DNA from: Octopus sinensis | Lineage: Eukaryota | Direction: 5' to 3' | DNA: 64,000 nucleotides | Assembly: GCF_006345805.1 (NCBI RefSeq) | Contig: NC_043001.1 | Location: forward strand, 58,466,001 to 58,530,000 | In this document: positions 27,030 to 38,954 of the stretch, in pieces | Layout: each line of letters begins with the position of its first letter | Position numbering within the stretch: position 1 is the stretch's first letter | Program-made: the position numbers and the translations under genes | The notes under the pieces: model-generated | The model's database searches: none | Seen by the model: the letters and a program-made list of their open reading frames with translations, nothing else | Told to the model about the DNA's origin: nothing

Positions 27030-27581
27030 GCCCTGATGCAGTACCAGGCAGTGGCTCTCATGGCTTCTGATCTTAACTGATTGGAAGTGTTATCATGTAC
27101 GTTGTTTTGTCTTGGTATAAAAGATGGGCTACAGCAAATATTCTGCTCAATACCACAGATTTGCTTGTCAGTTGTTTGACCTTAACCAGTTGAGCATGTC
27201 CCTTAGTGGCTGACGATATGTGCATCTCTGATCACGAGCAGAATAGTGGGGGAGCATCATAGCCATGTGTTGAGAGGGATTCTTGGGGTTTGAATAGTTC
27301 ACCTCTGGAAACATGTGTGGTTCTTTCAACATCCTTAAACAACCCTTATTCAGGGACCGTTTGAGCGGGATGGGCTACTCAACCTGAAGAAAATTCTAAC
27401 TGGGCCCCACCTGCAAGGTCATGTGCTGTTTATCTTGATATGAGATCACCATGTCGCGCACATATGGTTGTGATGCATGTGCCTGGTGTACCTTTATCAG
27501 ACGGATAGTCATGATGGGTATATTGGGCTTCGTATATTTTACCCCAGTGTCACTTTGATGGCATGAACTGCTCTCTCACTC
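27030..27581 (+). mobile_element. ~550-bp AAT-associated element, full-length reference copy (552 bp)
   Basis: Both termini abut (AAT)n; no ORF and no recognisable B box. Confidence 0.88.
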
Positions 27582-27618
27582 AATAATAATAATAATAGTA
27601 ATAATAATAATAATAATA

Positions 27619-28163
27619 CATTGGAAGCTATGCCAACATTATGGAATAACAACAGAAAAAAGATGGTATAGGCACACACCAGAAAAGGTCACAGAAAACG
27701 AGAAAGCAACCATACTCTGGGATATGCCGATACACACAGATAGAGAAATTAAGGCCAACAGGCCAGATATAGTTGTCAGAGATCATGAAGAAAAAAATGC
27801 TTTCTAATTGATGTATCAATACTGGCAGATGACAACGTGTCTGTAAAAGAAATGGAGAACTCTCAAAATACAAAGACCTGGAAATAGAGGTAACTAGAAT
27901 GTGGAATCTGAAAACAGAAACAATTCCTATTTTAGTATTAGGCATGATAAAAAAATATTCAGACAAATACATAACAAAAACATCAGGACTTACAAACACA
28001 TATAACATACAGAAAATTGCACTACTAGGCACTGCACACATCCTACGCAGAACACTTTCCATACAATAACCATCAGAGCATCACAACAAATCACAGCACA
28101 TACCCAAGGCACACAGAGCTGCGCTCGGTAGTGAAGTGAAAGCACGCTATAAAAATAAAACTA

Positions 28164-28166
<3 letters not shown>
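27619..28166 (+). mobile_element. R4/Dong-like 3-prime end (family A)
   Basis: ILWDMPIHTDREIKANRPDIVVRD; KYKDLEIEVTRMWNLKTETIPI; IQKIALLGTAHILRRTLSIQ; (AAT)n flanks. Confidence 0.9.
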
Positions 28167-28250
<84 letters not shown>

Positions 28251-28286
28251 TCAACAACTACTACTATTACAACAACAATAATTTAT

Positions 28287-28844
28287 GCCCTGATCCAGTA
28301 CCAGACAGTGGCTCTCGTGGCTTCTGATCTTAACTGATTAGAAGCGTTATCATGTACGTTGTTTTGTGTTGTATAAAAGATGGGCTACAGTAAATATTCT
28401 GCTTAATACCACAGATTTGCTTGTCATTTGTTTGATCTTAACCAGTTGACCATGTCCCTTAGTGGCTGAAGATATGTGCATCTCTGATCACGAGCAGAAG
28501 TAGTGGGGGAGTATCACAGCCGTGTGTTAAACGGTATTCTTGGAGGTTTGGATATTTCATCTTTGGAAACATGGGTGGTTCGTTCAAAATCCTTAAACAA
28601 TCCAACAATCCTTATTCAGGGACATTTTGAGCGGAATGGGCTACTCGACAAGAAGAAAATTCTACCCCATCTGCAAGGTCATGCGCTGTTCATCTTGATA
28701 TGAGATCACCATGTCGCGTACATATGATTGTGATGCATGATGTGCCTGGTGTACCCTTATCAGACGAGTAGTCATGATGGGTATACTGGGTTTCGTATAT
28801 TTTATCCCAGTCTCACTTAGATGGCATGCACAGCTCTCTCACTC
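28287..28844 (+). mobile_element. ~550-bp AAT-associated element
   Basis: gccctgatccagtaccagacagtggctctc...ctctctcactc(aat)n. Confidence 0.85.
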
Positions 28845-28866
28845 AATAATAATGGTAATAATAGTA

Positions 28867-29334
28867 GTTTTCTCTTGGTATATAAGATAGGCTACAGCAA
28901 ATATTCTGCTCAATATCTCAGATTTGTTTGTCAGTTGCTTGACCTTAACCATTCGAGCATGTCCCTTAGTGGTTGACGGTATGTGCATCTCTGATTACGA
29001 GCAAAAGTATTTGGCGCGCATCATAGTCATGTGTTGGAAGAAACTCTTTTGGTTTTGAATAATTCCCCTCTTCAAACAAGGGTGTTTCGTTTAACATCCT
29101 TTTTAAGAATCATTTGAATAAGATGTGCTACTCCACCTGCAGAAAATTCTATCTCGGTCCCACCCGCAAGGTCAAATGTTGTTTGTCTTGATATGAGATC
29201 ACCATAACACGCACATATTGTTGTGATGAATATGCCTGGTGTATCCTTATCGGACGGGTAGTCATAATGTGCATACAGTGCTTCGTATATTTTACCCTAA
29301 TGTTACCATGATGGACTGCACTGTTCTCTCACTC
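28867..29334 (+). mobile_element. ~550-bp AAT-associated element, 5-prime-truncated and diverged
   Basis: cttggtatataagataggctacagcaaatattctgctcaa...ctgttctctcactc(aat)n. Confidence 0.8.
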
Positions 29335-29377
29335 AATAATAATAGTAATAATAATAATAACAATAATAATAATAATG

Positions 29378-29475
<98 letters not shown>

Positions 29476-29497
29476 TTGTTGGTGATTATTATTATTA

Positions 29498-29567
<70 letters not shown>

Positions 29568-29728
29568 TTGGAACATACAGAAATTCTGGAAGTCACCAAA
29601 GCAGGCGGGTGTCTAAGGAAAATCGCGTTTTATTCTTTCTCACGGCTGGCTTGTCGGCCATGTTAATTTCGCTAGACCCCAGTGCTGAACCCAATCCGGG
29701 CCCTTTGATTTCTTGCCATTCAAATATG

Positions 29729-30077
29729 AATCATCGCCGTAAACAGAGATGGCACGATAATGACTAGAAAAAGGCAAATTTGGTTACCAGATACAAAGCC
29801 AATCCTTTTGGCAGTTCTTCCCATGCTAAGGGAATCGTTTTAGAAAAAGTTGGTGTTGAAGCCAAACAGCCTAACTCAGTAAAACGATCACAGCCTTCGT
29901 ACCTAATGATGGTTGTTTAAATTTCATTGAGTAAAGGGATGAAGCTTGGTGGCTGGTTTTGGTCGAAAGGGTCATGCCGTTGGTGATATTCCTGGTGTCC
30001 GTATTAAGATCGTGACAGTAACTAATGTATCATTATTGGCTCTTTTTAAAGGAAAGAAGGAGAGACCCAGATCATAG
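29729..30077 (+). pseudogene. RPS23: Processed pseudogene of 40S ribosomal protein S23 (uS12)
   Basis: [49 protein letters not shown] / [20 protein letters not shown] / [43 protein letters not shown]. No introns, 2 internal stops, 2 frameshifts including a ~40-nt deletion. Confidence 0.95.
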
Positions 30078-30189
30078 ACAATTTTAATCGCACTCTTCGT
30101 CTTGACTGTTTACCTTTGTGAAGAGCTACGTCAATCCTTTTTAAAAATATTATTATTATTAATATTATTACTATTATTACTATTATTAT

Positions 30190-30388
30190 TTCTACTATAG
30201 GCAAAAGGCCTGAAACTTTGCGGAGGGGGAGCGCCGATTACACCGACCACAATGTGTAATTGGTACTTATTTTATCGACCTCGAAAGGGAGAAATGCAAA
30301 GTCAACGCTAACGGAAATTAAACTTCGGACGAAATGCTTCGCAGTACATTCCCCGGCGTGCTAACGGTTTTGCCAGCTCACTGCCTTA
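30190..30388 (-). mobile_element. tRNA-derived SINE
   Basis: ccccggcgtgctaacggttttgccagctcactgcc is the reverse-complement head of the 11808 family. Confidence 0.75.
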
Positions 30389-31482
30389 ATAATAACAACA
30401 ATAATAATAATTTAAAACTATAAAAGAGAGTTTGTATGTGTGTGTGTGTGTGTGAGTGCGCATGCATATGTGCCTTATGCATTCCAAAACCGAGTTGCCG
30501 ATTTTGACGTAAGGGGTATCAAAAGATTCACTAAGCTTTTGGCTACCGACTAAACTAGATTTTCATTCACATAATTGCATTACAAAAATGTAACATTATC
30601 ATTTTTCTTTTAGTCACTTTTCGACATTTATATTACTACCATAATGGCGATGACGTCACATTTTCTATATGCGTACGTTCGCACGTTCGTTGCCTAGGTT
30701 AGACCGATGACTGACAACTATATGAGTGTGACGGTGTATATGTCTCTCAATATACATACATTTTTGTGACGACTCACACACACATACAGCAACATGAACA
30801 TCTAATATTTGGTTTTGAGATGTGATAAATATAGCATCGCCATACACAAAATATCCTTGATATTTTGAAGATTTATATGAAGAAAACACTAAATAAAGAC
30901 AGAGACAGACACACAGAGGGACAGAGATAGTCTTCACGTGTGCGTTAATGTACGCGTGTGTGTCTCTTAGTTTATGTATGTAACTTTCCATTCCCCAACA
31001 GTGAAACGCGCTGATATTGAAGTTTACAGCCTATAATGTTACACAGATCAAAAACAGCATCTTCTTTTTATTCACTTTGTTCAGCATTCAATTCAAAACT
31101 ATCAAATGAAATATTTTTATATGTAAAATTGAATTATGCCTTCTGAATCTTCTTGGACTTGCACTTTCTTTATCGTGACATTCATTCAATCGTGAATTTT
31201 ATAAAGTTTAGTATATGTTCCAAATGTATGTTGATTTCTGTACTTTCTTACATTGGTGACGCATACTAACTTTTGATAAATTGGTGACTTTCCATTTTGT
31301 TATAGCTTAACTGTGCTACAGAAAGTATGTTTTGCACCTATAATGACTACAGTTGTTTTGCTTGAATTTCATGTGTGTACGTTTTCCTGTTTTCAATATT
31401 ATTCAATGTGTGTATGTGTGTGTATGTTTCTGCGTTCTTTACGTCTATAGTAAACTATAGTAAATAATTTTACGCTGTTTTA

Positions 31483-31746
31483 ATGAGCCCACATCTAATG
31501 AAGTAGCCATCCTTATGGTTGGTGATCCCCATGAAAATCATGATATTCTCATTCGTGTTAAAGATAACAACCTCAAACGTGTTTCACAGACTCATCCCTC
31601 TTATGATGCTCTCCAGTGTAATCTTATTCTGTGGAATGGACAAGGTGGGTATTATTTCAATATTCTTCGGATTGAAGCTAGTTACAAACAAAAGAGTGTC
31701 GTCAAATGACTTCTATTTTTACCAACTGTTGTTAAGACCAGAATAA
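31483..31746 (+). pseudogene. Helitron Rep N-terminal fragment
   Basis: FNEPTSNEVAILMVGD...KRVSQTHPSYDALQCNLILWNGQGGYYFNI, then a shift to RVSSNDFYFYQLLLR. Matches the conserved Helitron pre-Rep block (FNxPxxxEVA...xETHxSYDALQYP). Confidence 0.85.
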
Positions 31747-31754
31747 TCAAATCC

Positions 31755-31960
31755 TTTCTATTATAGACACAAGGCCTGAAGTTTCGCGGGGGGGAGATCA
31801 GTCGATTACATCGACCCCAGTGTCTCACAGGTACTTAATTCATCGATCGTGAAAGGATGAAGGCAAAGTTGACCCCGATAGCATTTGAACAGGTGAAATA
31901 CCGCTCAAGAATTTTGTCCGGCTTGCTGAATATTCTGCCAGCTCGCCGCCTTCCAGAAAA
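31755..31960 (-). mobile_element. tRNA-derived SINE nested in the Helitron
   Basis: gacacaaggcctgaaa...aaggatgaaggcaaagttgac...ctgccagctcgccgcc. Confidence 0.75.
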
Positions 31961-33885
31961 ATCAAATCAATTACACATATCAAATAAACTTTATTTTCAT
32001 TTGAATATCTTCTACGTTATCTCAAAAACCACCTATTGTTATTTCAAATGCCTTTCTATAAAACGACCAGGCTTCATTACAAAATGAAAATAGTTTCACA
32101 CTTTCAATCTGAAGCAAAATTATAAAGTGTTGCTTTACGAGAGTGACGATGTGTGAATAATGAAAGTAATGTTTCTCCGAATTAGTCACATGTGTATTAT
32201 AATAAAGAAAGTTGCTTATTATATATCAAATAAACTACCAAATAAACTATGTTTTTGACTCAACAACTCTATTTTACAATTAAGTTGGGTCGCACAATTT
32301 TGTGTTCATTTTCGGGCATTATTTTCATTTGCTTCTAATGCATCACTTTCGTCCGGTCTTTCACACATGCGTAGAATTCTACTCAGACAAACATTTATGA
32401 AAATGTACACATAAATATTGTATTAAAATAAGCCACAACCAAAATAAATTGCATTAAATGATATAAATTTGTCTGTATGTTACGAGGAAATACAATCTTT
32501 CTCTCTCTCTGTCTCACGCACAAAAAAGATGTATGCATATGTATTTATAGGCGAAGGTCAAAAATACGCCGAAAATGGGTGGTCTGCGTATTCTTTACCT
32601 CCGCCTATTTATGTATGTGTATGTGAAAGATAATGACAGAGAGAGAAAGAGAGAGTGAGTGAGTGCCATTTGCACATATATGCAATGACATTTATACATC
32701 ACAACACACACCTTCCCTCGCTCACTCAATCACTCTTTCACAATCACTCTCTCTCTCTCTCACACACACACGTCCATTTCATATACACGTACACTTTACA
32801 CTTTCTCCTCTCACTTCAAAGCAAATGTCACCTTTTCATTTTATCCTCTCCCTCAATTTCTTTCTCCAAACCATAGAGAAATTTAAACAATTTTAGGGAA
32901 ATTAACGAACAATCATATGATCCCTATATTTCGAGTTGACAACTTTGCTTCTTCAAATGAGAAAATGCTATAAAATAACTTCCTTTCACACACACGCATG
33001 CATACACTCACTCTAGGTAAAACTTCTGTGCGAATTATGTTAATTCTTGCAGTGTGCACCTGCAAATTTACAGCTCAAACCCCAATTGAAATGATCGTTT
33101 TCCATTGTGTAGTTTGTGTTCGTGATGAGCGTATTTAAAAACCTGATTTTCGATATAAACTTAAAAGGAAGTTTTCCCAGAAATCCTGTCCTTTACCTCT
33201 TCTTTTTAGGATGTCCGAGGTGACATTTCCGTCCCACCCAATTTATTTCATTTTTGTCTTCCAAAATTTCTTCCAATCCCTATGTCTGCGATACAGGAGA
33301 TTAGGATTTCACCCACAAAACACGTTCTTAATATTTTAATTTTCTCCCTCTCCACACCAAATTAATATTTTCCATTTTTCAAACTTTTATTCTTGGTAAT
33401 CTATGGAGGAAAAACGAATCCTTACGAATTTTACCCATCACCTCATCACTTTCAAAAATCTACACACTTCCAATGTTCAGTTTTAGCTTTTTGGAAAGGA
33501 GAGAAGTTTCTTCAGAAATAATGCCGTTTACCTGTTGTTTCTAGCATGTCATTTTTTCTGTTAGTGGTCTGGTATTCTTTAAGTCTACTTTTTCAGTAGA
33601 ATTCTACGCATGCGAGAAACAGGAGACAAAAGTGAAAGATTGGGAGATTTTGGCTTTTTGAAAGCTGGTATGTGATGGGTGGGCGATGTGATGAAAAAAT
33701 ATAGGAACAGAAAATACTTTCAAATAAACCCATACAAAATGTACTCTCACCCTTCACTATGAAACAAAAAAATAACTTACATTATTCCATTAACTATATA
33801 ATAGCTGTACTCATAAGAAAGGAGCAAATAATACAATGTGCTTCTAGGTCATACCTCTCGGGCAACGCTGGGAGACATTGCTAGC

Positions 33886-33931
<46 letters not shown>

Positions 33932-33979
33932 TAATAATAATAATAATAAAAATAATAATAACAATAACAACAACAACAA

Positions 33980-34206
33980 CCAATGATTGTCGGAGCCTTG
34001 GGAACAGTGAGTAAAAATCTTGAGAAGTACATAGCACAAATAGGAACTGCAATAAGGATGGAGCACTTGCAGAAAACAGCACTGCTTGGAACCGCTCGAA
34101 TACTCCGGATGGTGCTCGAAAAATAAGGGGTGTTACCGTAGTTTACTGGTAGTGAAGATCAGACACCGTAGTAATCACCAGCGTTAGAATCTGTGCAAAA
34201 GGTTAT
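33980..34206 (+). mobile_element. R4/Dong-like extreme 3-prime end (further family)
   Basis: PMIVGALGTVSKNLEKYIAQIGTAIRMEHLQKTALLGTARILRMVLE*; AAT/AAC flanks. Confidence 0.85.
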
Positions 34207-35029
34207 AAATAATGACAATAAAATTAATATTTTCTACTAGAGGCACAAGGCCTCAGATTTGGGGGTGGGGCATAATTGGTTACAATGAATCCAGGACTCG
34301 AAGAGTGGAAGGAGGAGGGGGAGGAGTAAGAGTGGGAAGTAGGTGGAAGAAGGAGGGGGGAAGAAGAAGAAGGACATGTACAAGAAGATGGAGAAGAGGA
34401 AGAAGAAGAAAACTAGGTCAAGGCGGGTACGTGGGGAGGAGGCTGAGAAGTGGGGAGGGGGAGGAGAGTAGAAGTTATGGAGGAAGAGGAGGTAGATTGA
34501 GAACAAGAGTAACAATATATTTTTCTGATTTCAGCACAATGCCATCACTTTCAATCGGATTGAGAAATCGATTCCATTGGCCCCTGTCTTCAAACGATAC
34601 ATATTTTATCACCCGCAAAAGGATTACAAGGAAAGTTCGAACTCAAATAATTCTGCTATCTCACCGTCTTGAATTTTGAATGATAATAATAATAATAATG
34701 AAAAAGATAGGAAATGCAGTTCATACTAGCATAATGCGAAAACCTGCTTACCAGAAAGTACCACAACAATACTTCGGAAGTTTAACTACCTTGATTTCAT
34801 AGAATATTGTTTCAATAGGTTTTAGACCTCAAAGAATTCTAAATCCTCAATACAATAAAAAAACATAACGTACACATACTACTAATCTCAATATAACCTT
34901 GATATACATGAGCAACATGAACAATTTACTGTTGTGCAGGTTAATATCAAGTATTTACCGACAATAATAGATGATGAACTTACAGTATCAATGTAAAAAA
35001 AAATTTACATAGAAAATATGTACTCCAAA

Positions 35030-35640
35030 GCGATATTTATCGATGTAGATAAAACAAATCGTCAGTGGCTGAGAAGTTCAGCATTGAATTCAAAATTAAG
35101 ACTCAAAACTTAATTATCAGAATCTATGAACCTCACCTATTACAAAGGGAAGAATCTAAGTTCTGTGACCTATACCATAAAACAAGACATTATTAGTTCA
35201 TCGTGTACCGTAGTGACACTAAATGGGTGTGAGAATCGCAATGGAGATATAGGTGAATACATGTATAATAATCTATGCATCCAGGATAAAATGAAAACAC
35301 CATTCATATGTATGAAGAGCAAATAGAAGCAGTAATAGAATGGGATAATATAACGCCATTTTGGAATATCATGGTGTGCACAGACCGGGAAATATAAGCA
35401 GATACGACAAAAATTATATGAACTGCAAATTATTTGATACGAATATAACATCAGTTAAAATTGTTTCGGTAGAGGGATTTGAAAATCTAAGTTTAAAAAA
35501 TGTGGTATATTGCAATAGAAACAGTTAACTATAATGATAAAAAGGATGTGAATAACAACTTAGCAACGTGCATCGTGAAATACATCTCCGGGAATTCTTT
35601 GAAAAATGGCATTGACAAGCACTCAATGAGTATTCTCAAC
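35030..35640 (+). mobile_element. Heavily decayed R4/Dong-like fragment
   Basis: DVDKTNRQWLRSSAL, IISSSCTVV and FWNIMVCTDREI parallel the motifs at 53048-54029. Confidence 0.55.
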
Positions 35641-35859
35641 ATTAATATAAATCACAGTACTTGTAAATATGTGTGACATACTTTCCAATTACAACAATCA
35701 TGTCGCCAGTACATCACTGTCAACGTCCTCCTTAAACGCGTCTTCTCGACTACATGCTCTCTTTCTCTTTCAACTTTATAATTCTTTATCAATATTTTCT
35801 AACTCCACATTATCAAATCTTTCCTATTGGCTTTTCACGGTTATATATTGTTGGTCAAG

Positions 35860-36170
35860 GTAGGTGCGTGGAATAGTGGTTAGGGTATTCGACTCACGGT
35901 AGCAGGATCATAAGTTCAATTTCCGGCGACGGATTGTGTTCTTGAGCAAGGCACTTTTATTCACGTTGCTCCAGTCCAATCAGCTGGCAAACATGAATAC
36001 TACCTGTATTTCAAACAGCCAGCCTAATCACGCTGAATCACTCCGAGAACTCCGTTCATGGTACACGTGATTGTAAAGTGCTCAGCAATATGCACATTGA
36101 TTTCACTAGGAGGCTGTTCCGTTGATCGGATCAACCGAAATCCTCATTGTTGTAACCGACGGTGTGCTAT
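35860..36170 (+). mobile_element. tRNA-derived SINE (family of 37846-38217)
   Basis: tagtggttagggtattcgactcac...aagttcaatttcc head; gatcggatcaaccgaaatcctc...gtaaccgacggtgtgc tail. Confidence 0.7.
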
Positions 36171-36219
36171 ATTGTCGGTTATTGTCGATTGACCCCATCA
36201 ATTCCCTCTTGACAATTTC

Positions 36220-36730
36220 TACTTTTACTCTTTGAAGTAACACTGTCTCTGTTTATGCTGCCTTTCTAAGATGTACATATCACTAATCAGGGATTTGTGT
36301 GTCTGTATAGTTAACTTTGAATTGTGAACAACCTATGCTACTTCTGTTTACTGGCTTACAAAACACTCTATCAAGGTATTACTCGATGCTATTTGCTAAT
36401 GCCCCATTCGCATATTTGGGAAATACAGTCGGTACCTATTAGCTAGTTGGAATGGATTGAGCAGGTTTGCCGTGTTTCTTTACACCTCTCCCTTATCGGT
36501 TAGCATCACGCAATCCAGATGTGCATCTATGATCGCTTTCCATTCAACCACAAGCAATAAAGAGTCGATCATCCCAAGGTAAACGTCAAAACATCTGAGG
36601 GAATCCGGCTACCTCTTCTTCCCAGGCAGATCGTAAATGTTGGCAAGTCTAAAGGCACCGCCTCAGTTCATGTCCAAGAACACCAACATGTTGTCACCAT
36701 GCCCAGTCCCAGGCTTTCAGAAACAGCATC
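36220..36730 (-). mobile_element. Decayed L1/Tx1-like endonuclease fragment
   Basis: LVFLDMN*GGAFRLANIY...LLLVVEWKAIIDAHLDCV parallels LDMNGSEGGAFRLVAVYV in the 19718-23215 element. Confidence 0.6.
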
Positions 36731-37384
36731 CCCATCCTTCTCCCACTCTTGACTGTATAAAAGATGCGAAAATCTAAAAAATTACCGAAAATGTGTGCTA
36801 AGTGAATGTGTCTGAAGTCGTAGTCTTGCTTAATTTTGCAAAATTTGTGGGAGTTTCAAAGAGCTAGACATGACGAATTCTCTGTCTGTTTCAATGCTTT
36901 CCTCTTGTGCGATAATGCGTATCAGTTTTTTCCTTGTTCGTGCGTTTTTATCCTCACAAATTTGCGAGTAAGTGTGTCTTGTCAATGCTGCGTTTGTATT
37001 CTTCTGTTGCTCTTCCTTCTGTATGTATATTCTTCATAATGAAGTGTATGTTGCTATTGTGTTGGTGTTGGTCATGTAGTTGTTGTGGTTCTATCTGTGT
37101 TTGGTACGTGGTTTCAGTGATGATGTCCTAAATAAATGCGTTTTGTTCACAGCAGTTGTATCTCCCATAACATTTTATCGTGTCATTTTTTTCTATTTTT
37201 TATTTACATCGTTGTTTTTCCCCATTGCAATATGAGATTTAATCTTTAGAAACGTCCAATGTTTATTTTTTTATGGAGCTATGTTTTCGGTTGAATCCAG
37301 TCTTGTGTTTGGCACTGGACGAATGAGACGGAGCTTGTTGTAGATGTATTTATTGGAGATCGCACATATTTGAGTTTCTCTTAT

Positions 37385-37800
37385 AAAAGTGTCCACAACA
37401 AGCTCCAGCTTCTTTGCTAACACTTACATCAATATTTTAAACTCTTCCTTTAGCATGATTATCACCCAGAAATTGTCTACGCTATCCCGTATATTGGCAT
37501 CCTTTCTCAGGAAAGTTAATACACCTCGACTCACAGACCTAGGAATTCTCCCAATTTGTTGCCACTTGTGATAGATGTTTGCCAAGAGGTCAAAAATCCG
37601 CTCTGGTATATAACCATAAAAGTCATGTGGTACCCCATCCACACCGGGTTATTTGTTCCAAGCACAGCCACTGAATACTTCTCGTATTTCAGTTGCTGTT
37701 ATTGTCTTCTTTTTATAAGATTTGCGGCAGACTGTCAACGTAGGTTCTATATTCCATAATTCTCTATGGCATATCGCTTTCTCTAAAGAGTTGGGAAATT
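37385..37800 (-). mobile_element. Decayed L1/Tx1-like RT fragment
   Basis: DGVPHDFY...LLANIYHKWQQIGRIPRSVSRGVLTFLRKD parallels ILADIYSNWQQIGIVPRAFSQEVVTLLRKD at 21492-21794. Confidence 0.7.
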
Positions 37801-37845
37801 GCTGTTCGAAGAGTTTCATGCACATTTACAATAATTGGATTGGAA

Positions 37846-38217
37846 GCACTCCGTCGGTTACGACGACGAGGGTTCCGGTTGATCCGAATCAACGGAACAG
37901 CCTGCTCGTGAAATTAACGAGTAAGTGGCTGAGCACTCCACAGACACGTGTACCCTTAACGTAGTTCTCGGAAATATTCAGCGTGACACAGAGAGTGACA
38001 AGGCCGGCCCTTTGAAATACAGGTACAACAGAAACAAGAAGTAAGAGTGAGAGAAAGTTGTGGTGAAAGAGTACAGCAGGGATCACCACCATCTCCTGCC
38101 GGAGCCTCGTGGAGCTTTTCGCTCAATAAACACACACAACGCCCGGTCTGGGAATCGAAACCGCGATCCTATGACCGCGAGTCCGCTGCCCTAACCACTG
38201 GGCCATTGCGCCTCCAC
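37846..38217 (-). mobile_element. Young tRNA-derived SINE
   Basis: A-box TGGCCCAGTGG and B-box GGTTTCGATTCCC on the minus strand. Confidence 0.85.
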
Positions 38218-38266
38218 ATTTACAATAATAATAATAGCAAAAATGACGATGATGATGATGATGATA

Positions 38267-38303
<37 letters not shown>

Positions 38304-38349
38304 CGACGACGATGGCGACGATGGCGACGATGATGAGTTTCGTTGTTGT

Positions 38350-38880
38350 TGGGTGGATAGATGACCGAAAGCCTTACGACAATATTCCACATAGCTGGCG
38401 TTTGCGGTGACTTAGGACGCTCAGAGTCAATGGAAATATAAACAACGTTTGGAGAAACGTCACTGGGTTTGAAAATCATGTTACACAGACTGAAGAAAGA
38501 ATATTATCAGCAGGTAGAGTTACCTCAAAAGTGACTGAAACAGTATGACAACTCAAAGAGAAAAAGGAATAGCTGCTCTGGAACAAGACATTATAGCAAA
38601 TCTGATGAAATTAAAAATCTACAAAGCTCCGTCTGTTAAAAAACGTGTAACAACAGGAAAGTGTGGGGGGGGGGTGTTATCAGACACAAAAAATGTGAAA
38701 CTGTAACAAAGGAGGTATGACTATGTAGGCTAAAGAGTGCATTGGGAGATCACAGATTTTGCAATTGATTATGATAGCATGGTAGATACCAAAGAAATTA
38801 AGATGTGATGTACCATGATCTACCCAGAGAACTGAAGACATTGTGTAAGGCCAATATAACAGTTATTCCTGTAGTAACTA
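38350..38880 (+). mobile_element. Decayed, internally deleted R4/Dong-like fragment
   Basis: DRKPYDNIPHSW (cf. DYRKxxDxxPHxW), YDYVG*RVHWEI, ITVIPVV. Confidence 0.5.
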
Positions 38881-38954
38881 CAACAACAACAACAAATATT
38901 ACTACTACTACTACCACTACTATTGCACCTGATCCTACTACTACTACTACTACT

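Larger units (their letters stand above)
30411..33884 (+). mobile_element. Non-autonomous Helitron-like element, ~3.5 kb
   Basis: 3-prime hairpin ctctcgg-gcaacg-ctgggag (33855-33874) 6 nt before CTAG (33881-33884); internal Rep fragment. The 5-prime end ttTAAAACTATAAAAGAGAG-(GT)n is inferred as a decayed TC terminus and is less certain. Confidence 0.6.

Noticed and set aside
27205-27250. CTGACGA in the 550-bp element as a hammerhead core
   Set aside because: No stem II closed by GAAA and no stem I or stem III pairing.
27030-27330. HDV-like ribozyme or C/D snoRNA at the 5-prime end of the 550-bp element
   Set aside because: gccctga/tcaggga pairing lacks the P3/L3 module, and the C box reads CUGAUGC with no supporting terminal stem.
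34295-34510. Arg/Gly-rich ORF 34212-34679 and G-rich purine tract
   Set aside because: Low-complexity GA-rich sequence between SINE remnants. It has non-B DNA potential but no evidence of function.
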